From IMG/VR virus record IMGVR_UViG_3300045988_023854, positions 1-5,040 of that record: DNA of 5,040 bases; one strand, given 5' to 3'. Below are positions 1 through 3,916 of this stretch, in pieces. The position numbers and the translations under genes are program-made. The first letter of the stretch is position 1. Each line of letters starts with the position of its first letter. This DNA comes from a virus. The notes under the pieces were generated by a model, which had not been told where the DNA came from, made no database searches, and saw only the letters and a program-made list of their open reading frames with translations.

Positions 1-55
1 GCAGAAGTGAAGTAATCATGACGCTTCCCGCGAGGAGGACAGGCATGACCAGGTA
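1..55. repeat. Terminal direct repeat, copy 1 (circular-genome assembly overlap)
   Basis: Bases 1-55 (gcagaagtgaagtaatcatgacgcttcccgcgaggaggacaggcatgaccaggta) are identical to 4986-5040. The capsid reading frame is continuous across the implied junction (659+1069 = 1728 nt, divisible by 3). Confidence 0.95.
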
Positions 56-659
56 CTATAGTAGTACCTGCACTGAACACCCATGAAGGCTGTTCAGCAG
101 CACGGGAAGAATCCAATATTTCATTGGCGTCGCCTTTCTGGATCTTGACGGACTTCTGGAGATTTTCGTCTCTGTACCATTCGTTCCAGATCAGATAGAC
201 AGCGCGGAATGGAAGAGCATTAATGCCAGATATGTCACCAGACGTATTCACGGGTAAGCCGAAATAGTCCCATAGTGAACCTACATAATTATTATCACTG
301 TTGGCAGTAGCAGTAACAGTAGGGATGACATAATCAGTACTATCGTCAGGGTCTTCCTGCTCAAAGCAGAAGTTTTGCCAATGATCCCAAACGAGGCGGT
401 TGGGTACAAAAAAGAAAAACCAGTCCAGATAAATATTATCCATAATAGGCTTAATGGGGGTAGCGAGACGAGCGAAGTAATTGACAGACATCCTAGTAGT
501 ATCGCCAGGCAGTACTTCATCGACGAATACAGGTATGAGCTTGCCTGAATTGAAAGTCGTCTTATAGACGTGCGAGCGGTCGAATTTCGTCCGGCGCATA
601 TACATTGCAGGAGCATCGCTGAAACGATGTCCTCGAACTCTTATTTTTTTTCGAGCCAA
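1..659 (-). CDS. VP1: Major capsid protein VP1 (phiX174 F-like), N-terminal part; continues across the circular junction into 3917..4985
   Basis: Hand translation of the minus strand from 659 gives (M)ARKKIRVRGHRFSDAPAMYMRRTKFDRSHVYKTTFNSGKLIPVFVDEVLPGDT...DWFFFFVPNRLVWDHWQNFCFE...LPFRAVYLIWNEWYRDENLQ...HACPPRGKRHDYFTSALPWTQKG. There is no stop down to base 1. These are hallmark Microviridae capsid motifs. The ORF track misses this part because it runs off the window edge. Proposed start is TTG at 659-657, preceded by AAGGTGA plus 4 nt, the same SD spacing as VP3. The upstream in-frame stop is TAA at 687-685. Confidence 0.93.
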   Translation of the reverse strand, partial: MARKKIRVRGHRFSDAPAMYMRRTKFDRSHVYKTTFNSGKLIPVFVDEVLPGDTTRMSVNYFARLATPIKPIMDNIYLDWFFFFVPNRLVWDHWQNFCFEQEDPDDSTDYVIPTVTATANSDNNYVGSLWDYFGLPVNTSGDISGINALPFRAVYLIWNEWYRDENLQKSVKIQKGDANEILDSSRAAEQPSWVFSAGTTIVPGHACPPRGKRHDYFTS

Positions 660-733
660 AATTTCACCTTCTTCGAAGTGTAAACTTAATAATTAAACTA
701 AAGCAAATTATTATTAGGTTCTAGATTATTTTT

Positions 734-782
734 GCGTCACCTACGCCAGTTACATCAAGTAAGTAACTGGCTTCGGTGACGC
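734..782 (-). other. Compound stem-loop in the VP3-VP1 intergenic region; candidate viral-strand replication origin (nick site in loop)
   Basis: Outer stem is 734-741 gcgtcacc paired with 775-782 ggtgacgc (8 bp). There is a 3x3 internal loop. Inner stem is 745-753 gccagttac paired with 763-771 gtaactggc (9 bp). The 9-nt loop at 754-762 reads TTACTTGAT on the minus (viral) strand. The structure starts immediately after the VP3 stop codon (785-783). Confidence 0.6.
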
Positions 783-1265
783 CTATTTTTGTGTTTCTTC
801 ATTATTTTGTTCTAAAGTGTTACTTTTTTCTTGTGTTTGTTTACTACTTACGGACTGTTGTGGTTCATCAAAGGTATCATTGCTGCTATACAGACCTTGT
901 TGTTGGAGATATTCGAGCGTTGCAGGATCATTCAATTGATTGATGAAATTCATAGGATCGTGACCGAATTTTGCTCGAACATAAGCGGGCAGGCTGTAGA
1001 ATTCTTCACGAACTCCGGACACAAGCTCAAGCGCTGTACTGTAGTCGCCAGGGAGCGTTGCATCTCCGAACTGCAGATAAGCGTATTGCGAACTATCGCC
1101 GAGATCAAGAGTCATAATACCTTTCTGACCGTCTGCATACTTATTTACGATGTAATTGATATCAGTTTCATCTTTCTCGTCCTGAACGGCAAGAGAGGGC
1201 ATAGTAAACTCAATGCCACAATGATCATGTTCTTCTACGGGATCATAAGCTGTCTTAAATTTCAT
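783..1265 (-). CDS. VP3: Internal scaffolding protein VP3
   Basis: 160-aa ORF. ATG at 1265 is preceded by AAAGGAGGTGA (1280-1270) with a 4-nt spacer. The sequence is gokushovirus-VP3-like: DETDINYIVNKY ... FGDATLPGDYSTALELVSGVREEFYSLPAYVRAKFGHDPMNFINQLNDPATLEYLQQQGL, followed by an acidic, Q/S-rich tail. Confidence 0.85.
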   Translation of the reverse strand: MKFKTAYDPVEEHDHCGIEFTMPSLAVQDEKDETDINYIVNKYADGQKGIMTLDLGDSSQYAYLQFGDATLPGDYSTALELVSGVREEFYSLPAYVRAKFGHDPMNFINQLNDPATLEYLQQQGLYSSNDTFDEPQQSVSSKQTQEKSNTLEQNNEETQK

Positions 1266-1313
1266 ACTTTCACCTCCTTTCGCAGGCGCCTAGACGCGGC
1301 GGGCGTAGCGTAC

Positions 1314-1348
1314 AAAAAAAGGGCGATCTCCATGAGATCGTCCTTTTT
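1314..1348 (-). terminator. Bidirectional rho-independent-terminator-like hairpin between the VP5-like ORF and VP3
   Basis: 1321-1330 gggcgatctc pairs with 1334-1343 gagatcgtcc (10 bp with one G.T/A.C position, 3-nt loop). It is flanked by A7 (1314-1320) and T5 (1344-1348). On the coding strand it reads GGACGATCTC-ATG-GAGATCGCCC-TTTTTTT. Confidence 0.65.
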
Positions 1349-1365
1349 CTGATACGCTCTTTATT

Positions 1366-1394
1366 AGATTATCATTTAGTAGAATCATTGTCAA
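1366..1394 (-). promoter_or_regulatory. Sigma70-type promoter candidate P3 (upstream of the hairpin/VP3 leader)
   Basis: The minus strand reads TTGACA (1394-1389), 17 nt ending in TGA, then TAATCT (1371-1366). This is a perfect -35 with a TGn-extended TAnnnT -10. It overlaps the 3' end and TGA stop of the VP5-like ORF. Predicted start is near 1359. Confidence 0.45.
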
Positions 1395-1662
1395 CAGTCT
1401 GCACATATTCTATGGCGCGACCAACCAAGACAGGAACGTGGGACTCGTCACAATTCTCAATGTAATAGCGACCGTCGCTGTCACCGAGATTGCCAACATA
1501 ATACAAAGTAAAATCTTCAGGGTATTTTTTAATAAGCATTTTATCATCGTTAACTATACCTTCAAAAGCTCGCAGAGCAAGCAAATCATTGTGGTAAACC
1601 TGTGGAGGACTGAACTGTTCAGCCTTAGAATCATAAATGGAATAAAGTCTCAGCGGAACCAT
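1372..1662 (-). CDS. VP5-like small non-structural protein (putative; 96 aa from ATG 1662)
   Basis: The ORF reads MVPLRLYSIYDSKAEQFSPPQVYHNDLLALRAFEGIVNDDKMLIKKYPEDFTLYYVGNLGDSDGRYY.... From memory, the pattern (L-Y-x-I-Y-D-x-K-A-E-x-F, A-L-R-x-F, Y-P-E-D-F-x-L-Y-x-V/I-G) matches the small protein encoded next to rep in gokushoviruses. The start is uncertain: AAGGAG directly abuts ATG 1662, and the track's TTG 1680 has only a weak AGGT upstream. Confidence 0.75.
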   Translation of the reverse strand: MVPLRLYSIYDSKAEQFSPPQVYHNDLLALRAFEGIVNDDKMLIKKYPEDFTLYYVGNLGDSDGRYYIENCDESHVPVLVGRAIEYVQTVDNDSTK

Positions 1663-1870
1663 CTCCTTTTCTAAACGCAATTAGATACCTACGAATCATG
1701 AGATATAGCGTAGCTGATATAACATAATAGTCATTATCAAGGCGAATAACTCTAGAATCATCAGGTTTAAGGCGATAAGCGGCATATTTGCTGCCACTAA
1801 AAGAATAATTAAAAAGAATATTACGATTGTTACAGAACTTTTCAACAGCTTCAAGTTCGCGAATAAGCAT
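1631..1870 (-). CDS. Hypothetical protein, 79 aa (orphan ORF between VP4 and the VP5-like gene)
   Basis: ATG at 1870, stop TGA at 1633-1631. It fills an otherwise non-coding gap. Its first ~50 codons show the same strong T-ending codon preference as the recognised genes (CTT ATT ... GCT GTT ... TGT AAT CGT AAT ATT CTT TTT AAT TAT TCT TTT AGT). It overlaps the next gene by 32 nt. I recognise no family motif. GAGGTG abuts the ATG with zero spacing. Confidence 0.5.
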   Translation of the reverse strand: MLIRELEAVEKFCNNRNILFNYSFSGSKYAAYRLKPDDSRVIRLDNDYYVISATLYLMIRRYLIAFRKGDGSAETLFHL

Positions 1871-1878
1871 CACCTCAT

Positions 1879-1890
1879 TTCTGACTTAAT
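1879..1890. repeat. 12-bp inverted-repeat arm A (ttctgacttaat) at the P2 -10/+1 region
   Basis: It is the exact reverse complement of 2841-2852. It lies in the 30-nt gap between the VP4 stop and the orphan ORF start. Confidence 0.8.
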
Positions 1891-1917
1891 GATAACACAG
1901 TCACAATACCTTGTCAA
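1889..1917 (-). promoter_or_regulatory. Sigma70-type promoter candidate P2 (drives the orphan ORF and the VP5-like gene)
   Basis: The minus strand reads TTGACA (1917-1912), 17 nt ending in TGT, then TATCAT (1894-1889). This is a perfect -35 with a 5/6 -10 carrying a TGn extension. It overlaps the VP4 3' end and stop. Predicted start is near 1882, giving a leader of about 12 nt before ATG 1870. Confidence 0.6.
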
Positions 1918-2812
1918 GTTTTCTGCCAAGAAAATGTTTATACTTACCTTCCTGAACACGGCACCGATCAACCAAACGCTCAAAAGTATTGTTCTCCAGA
2001 TTATGAAGCATCTTCTCAATACGGTTATTACGAATAAACTCCATCCAGTGAGGATGCGTTTCATCAAATTTCTTGTCATAATAACGAGGAGGACGCATCT
2101 TCTTACCGTTAATAACAACATAATCATTGGCATAGCATTCTTCGCCATGATCTTCGAGCCATTTTGCACCTATGCCAGGACGATTAGAAGCAATCATGAA
2201 TTCAGGAATGCGACCTTTATAGTGAGAAGGAGCGTCTTTACCTGTCTGTTTTTTAACTATATAGCGAGCGACATAGGCAGCAGAATCAAAGCTAAACTCA
2301 CCAATAAGATGCATACCGTATTTCCATACTTTGGCAAAACGAGAAGAAGTATAAGTATTATAACCGTCTGTACGGAACCGAAAAACTTTGTCATCAAAAT
2401 CAATATTAAACAAAATGTAATGATAATGGGGGCGACCATAAAGTTCACCATATTCACCACAGCCGAGAAAGCGAATGCCACTGCCATACTCTCGACGAAG
2501 ATTTTTCATGAAAGTCTGATGAAATTTCTTACTTAAGCTTTTATCACGTGGCAAATGATAATCGTCGAAAGTGCAAGTAACGAAATAAGCAGAAGACGAA
2601 GAACGGGCTTCGTGAACAGCACGGACAGCCCACTGTCTACTATTTTCGAGGCGACAACCGATACATTGTTTACAAGAACAACGAATGAAACGGCTATCGC
2701 CAGCAAGCTCAGGGTGAGAGGCAAGGCTACCGTAAAAACTATAATGTTGTTTTCCATTCTTCGTAATTGCTCCTTCAACTGGATACATAAGAATAGGATT
2801 GTAACAAACCAT
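1901..2812 (-). CDS. VP4: Replication initiation protein VP4 (HUH rolling-circle endonuclease, phiX174 A-like), 303 aa
   Basis: HUH-superfamily motifs are present: AYFVTCTFDD (motif 1), RPHYHYILFN (H-u-H, motif 2) and AAYVARYIVKK (Y-x-x-x-Y, two catalytic tyrosines as in phiX174 A). There is also a CSCKQCIGCR cysteine cluster. I prefer ATG 2812, preceded by AGGTGA plus 5 nt, over the track's GTG 2821. Stop is TGA at 1903-1901. Confidence 0.93.
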   Translation of the reverse strand: MVCYNPILMYPVEGAITKNGKQHYSFYGSLASHPELAGDSRFIRCSCKQCIGCRLENSRQWAVRAVHEARSSSSAYFVTCTFDDYHLPRDKSLSKKFHQTFMKNLRREYGSGIRFLGCGEYGELYGRPHYHYILFNIDFDDKVFRFRTDGYNTYTSSRFAKVWKYGMHLIGEFSFDSAAYVARYIVKKQTGKDAPSHYKGRIPEFMIASNRPGIGAKWLEDHGEECYANDYVVINGKKMRPPRYYDKKFDETHPHWMEFIRNNRIEKMLHNLENNTFERLVDRCRVQEGKYKHFLGRKLDKVL

Positions 2813-2829
2813 ATTAATCACCTGTACCG

Positions 2830-2858
2830 ATTGTATCAGGATTAAGTCAGAATGTCAA
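2830..2858 (-). promoter_or_regulatory. Sigma70-type promoter P1 for the rep gene (VP4)
   Basis: The minus strand reads TTGACA (2858-2853), 17 nt (ttctgacttaatccTGa), then TACAAT (2835-2830). This is a perfect -35 with a 5/6 -10 carrying a TGn extension. Predicted start is near 2823, so the ~11-nt leader begins at the AGGTGA SD. Confidence 0.7.
2841..2852. repeat. 12-bp inverted-repeat arm B (attaagtcagaa) inside the P1 spacer
   Basis: It is the exact reverse complement of 1879-1890. On the coding strand it reads TTCTGACTTAAT immediately after the P1 -35 hexamer. Confidence 0.8.
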
Positions 2859-2920
2859 ATCCTAAATCCACCTCGTCCTACTCTTTTAAAATTTCTGCGA
2901 CGAGATCTGGAGGTACGCCG

Positions 2921-2961
2921 AAAAAGACGGCGAGAACCTCGTTTAGACAAGCGACGCCGTC
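2921..2961 (-). terminator. Terminator-like hairpin closing the VP3-VP1-VP2-TM ORF (structural) unit
   Basis: On the coding strand, directly after the TGA stop (2964-2962), GACGGCG (2961-2955) pairs with CGCCGTC (2932-2926). This 7-bp GC stem is followed by TTTTT (2925-2921). The 22-nt loop can partly pair internally (2939-2944 with 2949-2954), so this is a weaker terminator than 1314-1348. Confidence 0.45.
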
Positions 2962-3201
2962 TCATTTAGCATCCCTCCAAGAACCGAAAAAACGGCTAGT
3001 TTTTTTAGAATCATTCTTATTAGCAACTGGCTCAACAAGTTGCGCAACATCGGTTTGAAAATCCGAGGCAACCTTTTTAGCAGTAACAGTATTCGAAGAA
3101 GCTTTACCTTTCAGAGCTTCAATTAGATCTACAACTTCTTGAATGAATGGGACAACAACAGTGACAATGAAAGTCAGAATCATAGTAGTTTTATTAGACA
3201 T
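2962..3201 (-). CDS. Small membrane-anchored protein, 79 aa (N-terminal transmembrane helix, charged C-terminal domain); candidate lysis protein
   Basis: ATG 3201 is preceded by AAGGAG (3216-3211) with a 9-nt spacer. The SD overlaps the VP2 stop TAA (3217-3215). The protein is MSNKTTMILTFIVTVVVPFIQEVVDLIEALKGKASSNTVTAKKVASDFQTDVAQLVEPVANKNDSKKTSRFFGSWRDAK. Residues ~5-24 are hydrophobic with Pro18, and the remainder is hydrophilic (11 K/R against 8 D/E overall). The track's longer 102-aa version (start 3270) lies inside VP2 and has no SD. Confidence 0.7.
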   Translation of the reverse strand: MSNKTTMILTFIVTVVVPFIQEVVDLIEALKGKASSNTVTAKKVASDFQTDVAQLVEPVANKNDSKKTSRFFGSWRDAK

Positions 3202-3214
3202 ATTATTGCACTCC

Positions 3215-3901
3215 TTATTTGAAAATATAGCCAATACCGCGAAGGATATGACCGAGGCCTGAATTGCCAAGGCCTAAAGAGTCATAGAAATCAGCTTCCT
3301 GCTTCGAAAGACGAGCGTTCTGAACCGCGAAGCTCGCGGCAGAATTAGACTGATTAGCTGAAGCGATATTAGAGAGTATGCCAGAGCTCAGATATGATCC
3401 TTGAAGCCTGAGATTCTTCAGCTCCTGATCCATGCGCTGAAGCTCATAGCTGAGACGTTTTTCGTAAGTCTGTTCGGCCAAATTTAAATTATTAGCCTTG
3501 ATGCCGTTATCAATAACTATTCCATGGGTTGCCTGACGCGTAGAATCGGCTTCTGCGACGTTTTTATCAATTTGCGAAACTGCAAGGTGCTCGGCATTCT
3601 TCGCCTGCCGTTCAGCGGCACCAGCAGCTCTAGCAGAGTTCATGGTAGAACCGATATCACTCATACCTACTGAAGCGGCTGAAGCTCCAGATATAGAACC
3701 GCCTATACCATTGGTTGCAGCAAGAACAGGATTAAGACCAGCGGCGCGCATATCATCGACAGCCCACTGATAACGATGCTTATAGTTTTCAACGTTCCAC
3801 GCGTTAGCCTGTGCGGCGTTAGCGGAATTATAATGATTCTGAACTGCGGATCCGAGAACGGAACCAGCAATACTACCTAATGTATTAGAAAGCCATGACA
3901 T
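3215..3901 (-). CDS. VP2: Minor capsid / DNA pilot protein VP2 (phiX174 H-like role), 228 aa
   Basis: ATG 3901 is preceded by GAGAGGAG (3915-3908), which begins one base after the VP1 stop TAG (3919-3917). There is a Gly/Ser/Ala-rich N-terminus. The motif NYKHRYQWAVDDMRAAGLNPVLAA is typical of gokushovirus VP2. A coiled-coil-like central part follows (AERQAKNAEH..., YEKRLSYELQRMDQELKNLRLQ). Confidence 0.85.
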   Translation of the reverse strand: MSWLSNTLGSIAGSVLGSAVQNHYNSANAAQANAWNVENYKHRYQWAVDDMRAAGLNPVLAATNGIGGSISGASAASVGMSDIGSTMNSARAAGAAERQAKNAEHLAVSQIDKNVAEADSTRQATHGIVIDNGIKANNLNLAEQTYEKRLSYELQRMDQELKNLRLQGSYLSSGILSNIASANQSNSAASFAVQNARLSKQEADFYDSLGLGNSGLGHILRGIGYIFK

Positions 3902-3916
3902 ATAACCAACTCCTCT

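Noticed and set aside
597-605. ATG 605 or ATG 599 as the VP1 start
   Set aside because: There is no SD-like sequence upstream (cgtttcagcgatgctcctgca). The frame stays open for a further 18 codons up to a TTG with a well-spaced AAGGTGA. The ATGs are kept as the fallback start.
281-616. Minus-strand 111-aa and 95-aa ORFs inside VP1 (281..616 and 4066..4353)
   Set aside because: Both are in the +1 frame of VP1 and lack SD sites. Their hydrophobic, stop-free character follows from the T-ending codon bias of the host gene.
660-733. AT-rich stretch upstream of VP1 as a dedicated capsid promoter (for example TTGCTT-N18-TACACT)
   Set aside because: Only 3/6 and 4/6 matches at non-optimal spacing. 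Any AT-rich segment produces such hits. VP1 is more simply explained as co-transcribed with VP3.
1281-1312. Stable secondary structure within the GC-rich island (cgcaggcgcctagacgcggcgggcgtagcg)
   Set aside because: By hand I could only pair 4 bp (1287-1290 with 1298-1301), apart from the GGCGCC palindrome. There is no convincing hairpin, so it is reported only as a compositional anomaly within the VP3-leader finding.
831-1352. Plus-strand ORFs in the track (831..1352, 1438..1674, 1889..2536, 2555..2845, 3923..4396)
   Set aside because: All are antisense to well-supported minus-strand genes and have no SD or recognisable motifs. They translate to low-complexity Ile/Phe/Leu/Asn-rich strings typical of shadow frames. 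Microviridae genomes are transcribed from one strand only.
1870-2487. Minus-strand 99-aa (1870..2169) and 76-aa (2257..2487) hydrophobic ORFs inside VP4
   Set aside because: Both are in the +1 frame of VP4 and show the same compositional artefact. There is no convincing SD (only GAGAG one base from ATG 2487).
2813-2821. Upstream alternative starts used by the track: GTG 2821 for VP4, TTG 1680 for the VP5-like ORF, GTG 1873 for the orphan ORF
   Set aside because: In each case the alternative start codon is part of, or precedes, the SD-like purine run, and an ATG lies just downstream. For VP4 the AGGTGA plus 5 nt plus ATG 2812 spacing is clearly better. The other two remain uncertain, as noted in the findings.
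2852-3058. Plus-strand 68-aa basic, Ser/Thr/Lys/Arg-rich ORF (MSNPKSTSSYSFKISATRSGGTPKKTARTSFRQ...) that superficially resembles a J/ORF8-like DNA-condensing protein
   Set aside because: It is on the non-coding strand and antisense to the TM ORF and its terminator. Its ATG lies inside the P1 -35 region, and there is no SD upstream. Its composition is explained as the complement of a GC-rich hairpin and an A-rich leader. It would only be worth revisiting if antisense transcription were observed.
3202-3270. Longer 102-aa version of the TM ORF starting at 3270
   Set aside because: The extension lies inside the VP2 coding region (+1 frame) and has no SD. The internal ATG 3201 has a textbook AAGGAG at 9 nt and begins right after the VP2 stop.
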